The notes under the pieces are model-generated. The model had not been told where the DNA came from. It saw nothing but the letters and a program-made list of their open reading frames with translations, and ran no database searches. Positions 1-9,558 of a stretch of 60,655 nt of DNA are shown one piece after another (the stretch's first letter is position 1; each line of letters opens with the position of its first letter). The stretch lies in the IMG/VR virus record IMGVR_UViG_3300025671_000067, positions 1 through 60,655 of that record; one strand, 5' to 3'. Source of the stretch: a virus. Taxonomy: Duplodnaviria > Caudoviricetes. The position numbers were made by a program, and so were the translations under genes.

Positions 1-3
1 CTT

Positions 4-1338
4 ATGGGTAAGAACTTTCCACGGAAAGAATTAAAAATTATAGACCTGACCCTCCGTATGTTCATCGAACCCGTACTGGATTTAGACCTCGGATTACTTG
101 AACAGCATCTTGAAGACACTAAAGAGCTTAAGGATAAGTTGTTACTGGATGCTGGAGTCGAGAAAGAAGATTTGATGAGCAACCCTAAGTTTGCTGGATT
201 GCTTGAGATTCTGGGGGTCAAACCTCCCACCAAGATTAGCCTCACCACAGGTAAAGAAACGTTTGCCTTTGCCAAGTCAGATGAAGCCTTCAAAGAACTC
301 CAAGAGCATGAAGATGTGCGTGTCCAAACATTGGTCAACGCTCGACTCGGTAACAAAAGCACGTTGGAAGAAACACGTACGCAGCGGTTCATCGATATAT
401 CTAAGCGTGGATTGTTACCCGTTCCTGTCAAGTATTACGCAGCGCACACTGGACGTTGGGGTGGATCTGACAAGATAAACCTCCAAAACTTACCTAGCCG
501 TGGTCCTAACGGTAAGAAGTTAAAGAGAAGTATGATAGCCCCAGAAGGTTACATGATAGTTGACTGTGATTCATCGCAGATCGAGGCTCGCGTGCTTTCT
601 TGGTTAGCAGGTCAGCATGATCTAACCGAAGCATTCAGGAACGGAGAAGATGTTTATAAGAAGATGGCTATGTCTATCTATGCCGTCAAAGAGGAATCTG
701 AGGTAACAAAAGACCAGCGGTTTGTTGGTAAGACCACAATTCTTGGGGCTGGTTACGGCATGGGAGCCGTACGGTTCAAGGATCAGTTGCAGTCATTTGG
801 GTTCGACATAGAACTAGACGAAGCCCGCCGTGTAATAAACATTTACAGAGAAACAAATTTTCACATAGCTAGGTTCTGGAACGACGCCAGCCATACGTTA
901 CGTTGTATGGAACAGGGGGTAGGCTCAGAGCTTGGTATAAAAGGTGTTATAGGGATAGACCCTGCTGTACCTGCGATCATCTTACCTTCTGGTTTACAGA
1001 TGCGGTATGAGGACTTGCGGGGGGAGCAGGGTGAGAAGGGGGTGGAGTATACCTACAAGGTACGACGAGGCCGAAACCGGATATACGGTGGGAAAGTTGT
1101 CGAGAACGTATGTCAGGCGGTAGCGCGTTGCATAATCGGTGAGCAGATGTTAAAAATTGCTGAGCGATACCGCGTTGTACTTACGGTGCATGACTCTGTT
1201 GTGTGCTGCGTACCAGAAGCGGAGGTTCACGAGGCACAACGGTACATTGAAGAGTGTATGCGTTGGTTGCCTGAATGGGCCGATGGTCTGCCCATCGATT
1301 GTGAGTCTGGTATTGGCAAAGCGTATGGAGATTGTTAA
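4..1338 (+). CDS. polA: Family A DNA polymerase, C-terminal part (5' truncated by window edge)
   Basis: HTGRWGG, motif A DSSQIEAR, motif B RFVGKTTILGAGYG, motif C TVHDS; the frame is open to base 1. Confidence 0.95.
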   Translation: MGKNFPRKELKIIDLTLRMFIEPVLDLDLGLLEQHLEDTKELKDKLLLDAGVEKEDLMSNPKFAGLLEILGVKPPTKISLTTGKETFAFAKSDEAFKELQEHEDVRVQTLVNARLGNKSTLEETRTQRFIDISKRGLLPVPVKYYAAHTGRWGGSDKINLQNLPSRGPNGKKLKRSMIAPEGYMIVDCDSSQIEARVLSWLAGQHDLTEAFRNGEDVYKKMAMSIYAVKEESEVTKDQRFVGKTTILGAGYGMGAVRFKDQLQSFGFDIELDEARRVINIYRETNFHIARFWNDASHTLRCMEQGVGSELGIKGVIGIDPAVPAIILPSGLQMRYEDLRGEQGEKGVEYTYKVRRGRNRIYGGKVVENVCQAVARCIIGEQMLKIAERYRVVLTVHDSVVCCVPEAEVHEAQRYIEECMRWLPEWADGLPIDCESGIGKAYGDC

Positions 1339-1664
1339 TGGGTCGGGTAGTTGATCTAGGAAAGTACAGAGACGAAAAGCGATTTAGAGAGGAGCTTGAG
1401 GAAGAGATGAGTACCCTGATGTATTCGGAAGAGATAGAAGAAGGGTCACATTTAGATAATGTTCTGAAAGAGATGGAGGAAGAAGTCATCTCCATATCCG
1501 TACTTAAAAAAGATGACGTGTATATAGTACGTATCCACCACCTAGATTACACACAGGAACCTCCTGTCTTACAGCACATGACTATAAAGCGAAAAGACAT
1601 CCGTGAAGTTGCTAGTTCGTTGTCAGAAATTGATAATTATTTACCAGAGGAAGAGATTACTTGA
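1338..1664 (+). CDS. Hypothetical acidic protein
   Basis: ATG overlaps the polA stop (TAATG); fills the gap to the next gene. Confidence 0.65.
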   Translation: MGRVVDLGKYRDEKRFREELEEEMSTLMYSEEIEEGSHLDNVLKEMEEEVISISVLKKDDVYIVRIHHLDYTQEPPVLQHMTIKRKDIREVASSLSEIDNYLPEEEIT

Positions 1665-2332
1665 GTATTTACCCTTGGTCTTTCAGTAAGATCAAATCTT
1701 TCGAGCAATGTCCTAAGAAGTTTTACCACTTAAAGGTTATTAAGGACTATTCGGAACCAGAAACGGAGGCCATGTATTACGGTACCGCGTTTCATGAGGC
1801 AGCAGAAGAATACGTACGGGATAACGTACGCTTGCCTCCACAGTTTGACTATGCCAAGCCCGCATTGGACGCACTTATCGCTAAACGTGGTAAGAAGTTA
1901 TGCGAATATAAGATGGGTTTGACAGCTAATTTAGAACCATGCGACTTCTTTGCAGATGACGTTTGGTTCCGTGGGATTGCAGACTTAGTGATCCTTGATG
2001 AAGAGACCGAAACTGCTTGGGTGGTGGATTACAAGACAGGTAAGAACGCACGTTACGCAGATAAAGGTCAGTTGGAGTTGATGGCGTTAGCTACCTTCAA
2101 GCACTTTCCTGATGTTAAGACAGTGCGCGGCGGGTTGATGTTCGTAGTGTCAAACGAGTTAGTCAAAGACACTTATGAGTTCAACATGCAGGGTGAGTTG
2201 TGGCGCAAATGGTTGGCTGATTTTACAAATATGGAATCGGCTTATGATAAAGATGTGTGGAACGCTAACCCTAGTGGGTTGTGTAGGGCGCACTGTGTGG
2301 TACTAGAATGCCCGCACAACGGGAGAAGGTAA
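1661..2332 (+). CDS. PD-(D/E)XK (RecB/Cas4-like) exonuclease
   Basis: WSFS..FEQCP N-terminus, GTAFH, RGIADL...VVDYKTG, QLELMA, three C-terminal Cys (LCRAHCVVLECPH). Confidence 0.9.
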   Translation: MSIYPWSFSKIKSFEQCPKKFYHLKVIKDYSEPETEAMYYGTAFHEAAEEYVRDNVRLPPQFDYAKPALDALIAKRGKKLCEYKMGLTANLEPCDFFADDVWFRGIADLVILDEETETAWVVDYKTGKNARYADKGQLELMALATFKHFPDVKTVRGGLMFVVSNELVKDTYEFNMQGELWRKWLADFTNMESAYDKDVWNANPSGLCRAHCVVLECPHNGRR

Positions 2333-2617
2333 ATGCCTTACAAAAACAAGAAAGACAGAAAGAAGCAAAAGAACAAACCAGTCGGTAGTCCAGAGTTCAA
2401 GCGGCGTATGGAGCGGCAACAGGCTCGCCGTGATATGGATAGGACTGGAAGAGATGCAAACAACAATGGCAAGGCGGATAAACGAGAAGGTAAAGACGTT
2501 AGCCATAACAAAGCATTAGCAAGAGGCGGTAGCAATAAAGACGGTGTACGGGTAGAGAGCCGAAGCGCAAACCGTAGCCGTAACTTGAAGAAGAAATCTC
2601 CCAGACGCTTAGCCTGA
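2333..2617 (+). CDS. Small basic HNH-like protein (degenerate HNH nuclease)
   Basis: GKDVSHNKALARGGSN...SRSANRS resembles the phage HNH DVxH-x5-GG-x-N...NR pattern. Confidence 0.6.
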   Translation: MPYKNKKDRKKQKNKPVGSPEFKRRMERQQARRDMDRTGRDANNNGKADKREGKDVSHNKALARGGSNKDGVRVESRSANRSRNLKKKSPRRLA

Positions 2618-2768
2618 TGCGTCTATAAACAACGTGGGTTTTTCGATCCTTACGATTAGGTTAAGTGACGTTTTGAGCCTACAAAAATCAGGTTAGTCCG
2701 TGCACCATAGTAGCATTTTCGCAGACCTAGCCCCATCTGTGGACGAAGCGGGGCTTTTAGGAGGAAAG

Positions 2769-4304
2769 ATGGAAATCATTAACAACAAGGCGCTTCTTTT
2801 GCGCCTTCGTAACCCTCAAAAAGTAACGACTGTTATACCCAACAGTAAAGAGCTTGCAGATAATAAAGTAGTTGTGAAGTGGGGTATCGACGAAGCACAA
2901 GTTCTAAAGAACCTTAACATAAAGGTACCGTCGCCCATCGAAGGTAAGTACAAGTGGACAGGTAAATACGCTCCCTTCGAGCATCAGAAGACTACCGCTT
3001 CTTTCCTTACGCTTAACAAACGTGCCTTCTGTTTCAATGAACAAGGTACCGGTAAGACTGCTAGTGCAATCTGGGCAGCAGACTATTTAATGCAAGAAGG
3101 TTATGTTCGACGTGCATTGGTTATCTGCCCCCTGTCTATCATGGACTCCGCGTGGAAGGCTGATCTGTTTACGTTCGCTATGCACAGGTCGGTAGACGTA
3201 GCGTATGGGTCAGCAGAAAGACGTAAGCAGATAATTAATGCGGGCAGTGATTTCGTAGTAATAAATTATGATGGTGTTGAGATCGTATCGGACGCCATCA
3301 CCAACAACGATTTCGATCTGATCATTGTGGATGAAGCGACTCACTACAAGAACGCGCAGACCAAACGTTGGAAAACACTTAATGCGCTCGTCACTCCTGA
3401 CAAGTGGTTGTGGATGATGACTGGTACACCCGCAGCTCAAAGTCCTTTGGACGCATACGGCATAGCTAAACTTGTTAACCCATCAGCAGTGCCTAGATTC
3501 TTCGGTACGTTCCGTGATCGTGTGATGCACAAGATAACTAACTTCAGGTGGATACCGAAAGAGGACGCTACCGACACAGTGTTTAGAGTGTTGCAACCCG
3601 CAATCCGTTTTACCAAGGAGGAATGCTTAGACCTTCCAGATATGGTGTACACCAAACGTGAGGTAGAGCTTACTCGACAGCAGATCAAGTATTACAAAAT
3701 CCTGAAAGACCGCATGGTAATGGATGCCGCTGGCGAACAAGTTACAGCAGCAAATGCGGCGGTTAACATGAACAAGTTACTGCAAATATCTTGTGGCGCA
3801 GTGTACACCGACAAGGGTGAGTCACTAGAGTTCGACATCAAGCATCGCTATAAAGTCCTACGTGAAGTCATCGATGAGTCCAGTAAGAAGGTGTTGGTGT
3901 TCGTACCTTTTAAGCACGTCATCGACATGCTGGTGGAGAAGTTAAAAAGTGATGGGATTACTACCGAAATTATTAGAGGGGACGTATCGGCTCCTAATCG
4001 AACTGACATATTCAAACGATTTCAGATCAGTGATGACCCCCGCGTTCTAGTAATCCAACCCCAAGCTGCGGCACACGGTGTAACGCTGACAGCAGCAAAT
4101 ACGGTGGTCTGGTGGGGGCCAACAAGCTCACTAGAAACCTATGCCCAAGCCAACGCTAGGGTGCACAGATCGGGTCAAGACCATAAGTGTACTGTGGTAC
4201 AGCTACAAGGGTCTGCAATAGAAAAACACGTTTATAGAATGCTTGATAACAAAATAAACATACATACAAAAATTATAGACTTATACAACGAAATACTTGC
4301 ATAA
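2769..4304 (+). CDS. SNF2-family (SF2) helicase
   Basis: EQGTGKT Walker A, DEATH, MTGTP, HGVTLT, QANARVHRSGQ; start moved to the ATG after the AGGAGG RBS. Confidence 0.93.
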   Translation: MEIINNKALLLRLRNPQKVTTVIPNSKELADNKVVVKWGIDEAQVLKNLNIKVPSPIEGKYKWTGKYAPFEHQKTTASFLTLNKRAFCFNEQGTGKTASAIWAADYLMQEGYVRRALVICPLSIMDSAWKADLFTFAMHRSVDVAYGSAERRKQIINAGSDFVVINYDGVEIVSDAITNNDFDLIIVDEATHYKNAQTKRWKTLNALVTPDKWLWMMTGTPAAQSPLDAYGIAKLVNPSAVPRFFGTFRDRVMHKITNFRWIPKEDATDTVFRVLQPAIRFTKEECLDLPDMVYTKREVELTRQQIKYYKILKDRMVMDAAGEQVTAANAAVNMNKLLQISCGAVYTDKGESLEFDIKHRYKVLREVIDESSKKVLVFVPFKHVIDMLVEKLKSDGITTEIIRGDVSAPNRTDIFKRFQISDDPRVLVIQPQAAAHGVTLTAANTVVWWGPTSSLETYAQANARVHRSGQDHKCTVVQLQGSAIEKHVYRMLDNKINIHTKIIDLYNEILA

Positions 4305-4325
4305 TTAATTTAAGTACACTATATT
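4297..4325 (+). promoter_or_regulatory. Sigma70-like promoter
   Basis: TTGCAT-17 bp-TATATT upstream of RBS GAAGGAG and ATG 4355. Confidence 0.6.
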
Positions 4326-4354
4326 CTACAGTTCGACTAGAGAAGGAGATCGAA

Positions 4355-4762
4355 ATGGAAGAGGATAGTCATTTGTCTGTGGATAAGCTAACCAAGGTTT
4401 ATCTAAAGATAACTGCTAAACGTTCTGAATTAAAGAAGGCTTTTGATGAGGAATATCAACGCCTTTCAGATGCGCGTGACAAAATCAAGTTAGCTTTGTT
4501 AGAGCATTGCAAAGAGCATAACGTCAATAGCGTGAGGACTGAGGAGGGGCTGTTTTACCGAACGGTTAAGCAGAGCTTCTGGACGAACGACTGGGAATCG
4601 ATGTACGAGTTCATACTCGATAACAAGGTACCTGAGTTCTTCGACAAACGCCTCAATCAGAAGAACGTGCGTGAGTTCCTAGAGGCAAACCCCGATAAGT
4701 TACCGAAAGGGCTTAATTCGGATTCAACCTACACTATCTCTGTAAGGAGACCCAAAAAATGA
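4355..4762 (+). CDS. Hypothetical phage protein (coiled-coil N-terminus)
   Basis: Good RBS; position within the replication gene block. Confidence 0.8.
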   Translation: MEEDSHLSVDKLTKVYLKITAKRSELKKAFDEEYQRLSDARDKIKLALLEHCKEHNVNSVRTEEGLFYRTVKQSFWTNDWESMYEFILDNKVPEFFDKRLNQKNVREFLEANPDKLPKGLNSDSTYTISVRRPKK

Positions 4763-5019
4763 GTAGCCCCTTTGTCCCTATCGCAGATGTTGCAAAACAT
4801 TTCAAGGTAAACCAAGCCACCATACGTGGTTGGTTGAAAGCAGGGATCATCCCCAAAAGTACCTATATCCATATAGGTTCAACCTATCGGTTCAATCTGG
4901 CCGCTATCACCGAGGCTTTGACTGCCGCTGAAGATGAGGAAGTTAAACCAAATAGTTGGAATGACATCAGCGGTGATGAAGAACCCGTCCCTCAACTAGA
5001 AACAGATGAAGACTATTAA
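4759..5019 (+). CDS. HTH_17/excisionase-like DNA-binding protein
   Basis: IADVAKHFKVNQATIRGWLKAGIIP...IGSTYRF matches the MerR-like winged HTH pattern. Confidence 0.8.
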   Translation: MSSPFVPIADVAKHFKVNQATIRGWLKAGIIPKSTYIHIGSTYRFNLAAITEALTAAEDEEVKPNSWNDISGDEEPVPQLETDEDY

Positions 5020-5678
5020 TGGGCGAGACACTCAAAAGAATCAGTATACGCAACCGCCGTTTTGAAGGTCTGCCTGAAATAGCGGAAGAATCTGTAAATG
5101 TAGTAGTGGTTGGTGTAGCCTACATGTCCCGTATTTATTACGCGGATGCTTATGACCCTGATAAGGTCGCGCTACCGACTTGCTGGTCTTCAGATACAGA
5201 CACTCCCGCCGTAGATGTTCCAGCAGAACAGAGGCAAGCGGGGCGTTGTTTAGATTGTGTCCACAACATAAAGGGGTCCGGTGCGGGCCAAAGTCGAGCA
5301 TGTAAATTTGTGCAACGATTGGCCGTAGTGATAGAGGATGATCTGGAAACAGTTTATCAGCTACAGCTATCCTCACCCTCTATTTTTGGGGACGCGATTG
5401 GGGTGAACATGCCTTTGAAAGCCTACGCTAGGTATTTAGAGGCGCAGAACACCCCAATAGTCGCTGTGGTGACGAAGATATTTTTCGACCCTAAAAGCGA
5501 CTTACCAAAACTCTTCTTCAGACCTATACGTCCACTAGAAGAGCAGGAGTACGAAACCATACAGACCATGATGAAGCATCCTGATACTACGAAAGCAATT
5601 ACTTTAAATGTAGTTCCACTGGAGGACGCGGGTGCATCACCATTTTCTGAAGTAGATGGCTTCGTTTTTAATGACTAA
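5019..5678 (+). CDS. Cys-containing replication-module protein (possible ssDNA-binding/annealing protein)
   Basis: PTCWS...CLDCVHNIKGSG...RACK cysteine motif; adjacent to the SSB gene. Confidence 0.7.
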   Translation: MGETLKRISIRNRRFEGLPEIAEESVNVVVVGVAYMSRIYYADAYDPDKVALPTCWSSDTDTPAVDVPAEQRQAGRCLDCVHNIKGSGAGQSRACKFVQRLAVVIEDDLETVYQLQLSSPSIFGDAIGVNMPLKAYARYLEAQNTPIVAVVTKIFFDPKSDLPKLFFRPIRPLEEQEYETIQTMMKHPDTTKAITLNVVPLEDAGASPFSEVDGFVFND

Positions 5679-5696
5679 TGTTTGGAGAAAACATAA

Positions 5697-6398
5697 ATGA
5701 CTTATCAAATTAAAGGTGTAGAGGCGCTTTACCCTCGGATTAATCGGACATATAAGTTCGACAGCAGTGAAAACCGAAGCGTTCCGTGTGACCCAACTGA
5801 TGATGGCGCGTCATACGAAATGTCCTTCAAGATGAACGAGACGCAAGCGAAAGCATTAATGACCGCGATGGCTACGGCTTATAAGGAAAAACGTGAGGCT
5901 AAGTGGCCCGAAAAGTTCCCAGTGCCTTTCACCAAAGATGATGACGGTATGTATATCGGTAAGGCAAAACTTAAGGGTGCGTACGGAAAGGATGTTACTG
6001 CAAAGCCGAAGCAGTATGACGCTAAGAACAAGATCCTGCCAGATGATTTCCAACTGACAACTGGAAGTACGGTAAATATCGCTGTTGTGTTAATTCCTTA
6101 CCACATGCGCGACTCTGGGGTTTCACTTCGTTTGCGTGCCGTACAGGTTATCAAATACGTACCTATGCAAGTGTCTTCACCGTTTGAAGAAGTTGATGGG
6201 TTTGACAGTCAGGGATCTACTGAAGATGAAAGCCCGTTCTTTGATCTAGATACCGAATCTAGTTCGGAGGTAGAGGCAGCAGTAGATGATGTGGAGGACA
6301 TCATCGAAGAACCGAAGAAGAAAGCGATGAAAGTTAAAACCGCTGCTCCCAAAGAGAAAGCGGATCTGAGTGACCTTGTTGATGCTTGGGACGATTAG
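5697..6398 (+). CDS. Single-stranded DNA-binding protein (T7 gp2.5-like)
   Basis: PKQYDAK...LTTGSTVNIAV...GVSLRLRAVQVIK OB-fold motif; acidic tail ending AWDD. Confidence 0.8.
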   Translation: MTYQIKGVEALYPRINRTYKFDSSENRSVPCDPTDDGASYEMSFKMNETQAKALMTAMATAYKEKREAKWPEKFPVPFTKDDDGMYIGKAKLKGAYGKDVTAKPKQYDAKNKILPDDFQLTTGSTVNIAVVLIPYHMRDSGVSLRLRAVQVIKYVPMQVSSPFEEVDGFDSQGSTEDESPFFDLDTESSSEVEAAVDDVEDIIEEPKKKAMKVKTAAPKEKADLSDLVDAWDD

Positions 6399-6410
6399 TC
6401 CTAATTAATT

Positions 6411-6434
6411 TGGGCTTTAACAAGAAGAAGCCCA
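6411..6434 (+). terminator. Hairpin after the SSB gene (possible weak terminator or processing site)
   Basis: TGGGCTT/AAGCCCA stem; poor U-tract. Confidence 0.3.
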
Positions 6435-6515
6435 TTCATTCAACAGTATCCACGGCTAGACTAGTCGAAAAGGGCGTGACTCTGCCCCTGCCGTGGTGTC
6501 TTTCGGATCTATCTC

Positions 6516-9347
6516 ATGGAAACAGCTATATTTTTAAAGGAGGCGCTACCGAAAAACGGGTCGTATTGTGTATTTGCATCCAAATCATCTGCCGATAAAA
6601 GATCACAGCAGTTCTTTGATTCCGTAGATGACCTGATTGATGCGGCACAGGACTTGGATACAAAGGGTTATGATGTTTATTTCGCACTAGCTAGTTTCAA
6701 GGAAGCTAACTCACGTAAAGTAGATAACGTACAATCTTTGAAGTCGTTTTTTCTAGATCTTGATTGTGGCCCATCGAAAGATTTTGTATCGCAGAAGGAA
6801 GCGATATCTCAACTAAAGACATTTTGTACTAAATTTAATTTGCCACGCCCTTTAATGATTAACTCTGGGCGTGGTGTCCACGTTTATTGGGTGTTATCCG
6901 AAGCCGTACCTTTAGATGACTGGCTACCTGTAGCCACTAAATTGAAGCAGTTGTGTGCGGATAATAACTTTTTAGCAGATCCCGCTGTCACGGCGGACGC
7001 TGCACGAGTGTTGCGGGTACCCCAAACCCATAATTACAAACCAGACATCCCAGCAGAGGTAGACTTTGTTGGGGCACACCTACCCAATCTTGTTGACTTT
7101 GATTTGTTTTCGAGATCGCTCGGAAATGATGTGATACCAGTTCCCACAAAGAGACTGGATGGAGCCAACGCGGTGATGAACGCAGCGTTGTCAAACCGCG
7201 AGTATCGTTTCAAAGATATCCTACGCAAGACCAATCAAGGAGATGGCTGCACCCAAATACACAATGCGTTAACTAACCCTAACGAGGTATCAGAACCTAT
7301 TTGGCGGGGCGTATTGTCGGTACTGAAAGCGTGTAGCGATGGGTCCAGAGAAAAAGCTCACAAGATCTCTAAGGGATATGACGGGTATGACCCAGAAGAG
7401 ACCGACGCTAAATGGGATAAGTTAACTTCTGACAAACGATACACTTGCGCTAGGTTTGAAGAGATTCAGCCAGAAACGTGTTTACACTGCCCAAATAGGG
7501 GTAAATATAGATCGCCTTTGCATATCGGAAAGCGTGTAAAGGAAGCTACAGAGGAAGAATACGTAGTTGAGGCACCTGCTTTAGATCTACCTAACACCCC
7601 TATTAACACATTCGTTATACCTAAATATCCTTACCCCTACCTACGCGGCTCTAACGGCGGCGTTTATATACGCTCACAGGATTCGGAGGGGAACGAGAAC
7701 GAAGAACGCATTTACCATAACGACCTCTATGTAGTTAAACGCATAGTCGATATAGAACTAGGGGAGTCTATAGTGTTGCGTTTGCACTTACCAAGAGATG
7801 GTGTGCGGGAATTTACGGTACCGCTTACGTCTGTAACTTCTAGAGAAGAACTTAGAAAGAGCATGTCCATGCACGGGGTGGCTATAGCGAAGGTAGATAA
7901 ACTTATGGAATACGTAACAACGTGGGTAAATGAACTACAGGAGAAAGAGATGGCAGATAAAGCTTACAGGCAGTTTGGCTGGATCGATGACGAAGCCACA
8001 GGGTTTGTACTCGGTAACCAGATAATTTTGAAAGATGAGGTGCGGTTTAACCCACCGTCGAAGACTACTATGAGTCTGTTCCCGTACTTTCAACCTGAAG
8101 GTACCTTAGACGAGTGGCGACAAGTTATTGATTTCTACAACCGGCCCGGATTTCAATTACACCAATTTGCTACCTGTGCGGGGTTCGGTTCGGCACTTGT
8201 GCATTTTGTAGATGACATAGCGTGTGCAGCACTACATATTTACAGTAAAGACTCTGGGCTAGGTAAGACCACCGCCATGAGAGCAGCAGCGTCTATATGG
8301 GGTGACCCCGGCGAGCTAGTGATTAATCAAGGCGATACGGGCAACAGCCAGATGAACCGATCCGAGGTGCTGCATAGTTTGCCCTTACTAATTGACGAAC
8401 TTACAAACGCCAAAAGCGAGGCATTGAGTGCCTTGGCTCTGCAATTTACCACTGGTAAACAGAGGAACAGGTTAGTTAGCGGAGGGAACGTAGAGCGGGC
8501 ACGAGGGGAATCATGGAGCTTACTTGCGATAACAACAGGTAATACTAGCTTTATAGAACGTATCCGCTTGAAGAAAGATAACCCTAATGCGGAGGCACAG
8601 CGCATATTAGAAGTACGTGCAGAAAAGCTCTTTAAGGGTTCTTCTGACAAATCAGAAACTGACGAATTCAGTCGCGCATTAGGTAAATGTTACGGGCATG
8701 CTGGACCTATATTCGTTCAGTATGTGATCAACAATGTTGAAGAGGTGAAACGTCTGATCAAAGAGATACAGATCAGGGTAGATAGACGAGCAGAGCTTTC
8801 CTCAGAAAACCGATTCTGGTCAGTGTATGCAACTATGACTTTGGCGGGGGCAGTCATTGCTAGTCAATTAGACCTAATTCGGTTTGACATTCCTGCGCTT
8901 ACAAATTGGGCCATAGATATGCTTAACGATAACAAGTCGAGGGCACAGGATATGGCGGTATCTATTGAACAAACGTTGAATGAGTATGTTAATGAACACT
9001 ACGACAACATACTGCGGATCAAAAGCACCAGCGACCTTCGTAAGCAGGACGGTACGCCTATGGAGTCAATTATTCTCCCAGAAGCTATACCCCGAAACCG
9101 GTTGGTGGCTAGGTATGAGACTGATATAAATAAATTATACCTAGTACCTAAACCGTTGCGGATATGGTGTGGGGAACAGCAGATAAACTATGCGGCATTT
9201 GTACATGACCTTACTGAAAAACTGGGGGCCAAGCGTATAAAGATGCGGCTAAGCAAGGGTACGCCATTAAATATGCCCCCGACAGATGTGTTAGTAGTTC
9301 AGTTCTCTGGAGCTGGTGATGAAGAAGGGAGTATTGAGAACGTATGA
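6516..9347 (+). CDS. Primase-helicase (RepB/AEP-like primase, DUF927 and P-loop domain)
   Basis: FFLDLD, INSGRGVHVYW, DAARVLRVP primase motifs; SGLGKTT Walker A; LLIDELT Walker B. Confidence 0.88.
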   Translation: METAIFLKEALPKNGSYCVFASKSSADKRSQQFFDSVDDLIDAAQDLDTKGYDVYFALASFKEANSRKVDNVQSLKSFFLDLDCGPSKDFVSQKEAISQLKTFCTKFNLPRPLMINSGRGVHVYWVLSEAVPLDDWLPVATKLKQLCADNNFLADPAVTADAARVLRVPQTHNYKPDIPAEVDFVGAHLPNLVDFDLFSRSLGNDVIPVPTKRLDGANAVMNAALSNREYRFKDILRKTNQGDGCTQIHNALTNPNEVSEPIWRGVLSVLKACSDGSREKAHKISKGYDGYDPEETDAKWDKLTSDKRYTCARFEEIQPETCLHCPNRGKYRSPLHIGKRVKEATEEEYVVEAPALDLPNTPINTFVIPKYPYPYLRGSNGGVYIRSQDSEGNENEERIYHNDLYVVKRIVDIELGESIVLRLHLPRDGVREFTVPLTSVTSREELRKSMSMHGVAIAKVDKLMEYVTTWVNELQEKEMADKAYRQFGWIDDEATGFVLGNQIILKDEVRFNPPSKTTMSLFPYFQPEGTLDEWRQVIDFYNRPGFQLHQFATCAGFGSALVHFVDDIACAALHIYSKDSGLGKTTAMRAAASIWGDPGELVINQGDTGNSQMNRSEVLHSLPLLIDELTNAKSEALSALALQFTTGKQRNRLVSGGNVERARGESWSLLAITTGNTSFIERIRLKKDNPNAEAQRILEVRAEKLFKGSSDKSETDEFSRALGKCYGHAGPIFVQYVINNVEEVKRLIKEIQIRVDRRAELSSENRFWSVYATMTLAGAVIASQLDLIRFDIPALTNWAIDMLNDNKSRAQDMAVSIEQTLNEYVNEHYDNILRIKSTSDLRKQDGTPMESIILPEAIPRNRLVARYETDINKLYLVPKPLRIWCGEQQINYAAFVHDLTEKLGAKRIKMRLSKGTPLNMPPTDVLVVQFSGAGDEEGSIENV

Positions 9348-9546
9348 TCTGTCCCCTGATGGGGTTCGGATTGTAATAGACTGGGGGAAGATGAGTGTCG
9401 GTACATCTATATTTGTCCCGTGCATCAATACCCCTGAAACAGTACGTCAGGTTAAGTTAATAACAGAACAGAAAGGCTGGCGTATAGAGACTAGAGTTAG
9501 GATAGAGGATGCAAAACTAGGGGTTCGTATATGGAGAATGTTGTGA
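9316..9546 (+). CDS. Small hypothetical phage protein
   Basis: Overlaps the primase 3' end; WGKMSVGTSIFVPC...GVRIWR. Confidence 0.7.
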   Translation: MMKKGVLRTYDLSPDGVRIVIDWGKMSVGTSIFVPCINTPETVRQVKLITEQKGWRIETRVRIEDAKLGVRIWRML

Positions 9547-9552
9547 TATATT
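9544..9552 (+). promoter_or_regulatory. Extended -10 promoter for the candidate sRNA
   Basis: TGaTATATT, with TTCGTA 17 bp upstream; predicted +1 near G9559. Confidence 0.45.
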
Positions 9553-9558
9553 TTGCTC

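Noticed and set aside
1661-2332. Cas4-like nuclease as evidence of CRISPR-Cas
   Set aside because: Solo PD-(D/E)XK exonucleases are routine in phage replication modules; no cas1/cas2 or array
4759-5019. Excisionase as proof of a prophage
   Set aside because: HTH_17 proteins are common in phage replication modules; no integrase, att site or host genes in the window
6450-6496. Hammerhead ribozyme
   Set aside because: Has GAAA but lacks the CUGANGA core
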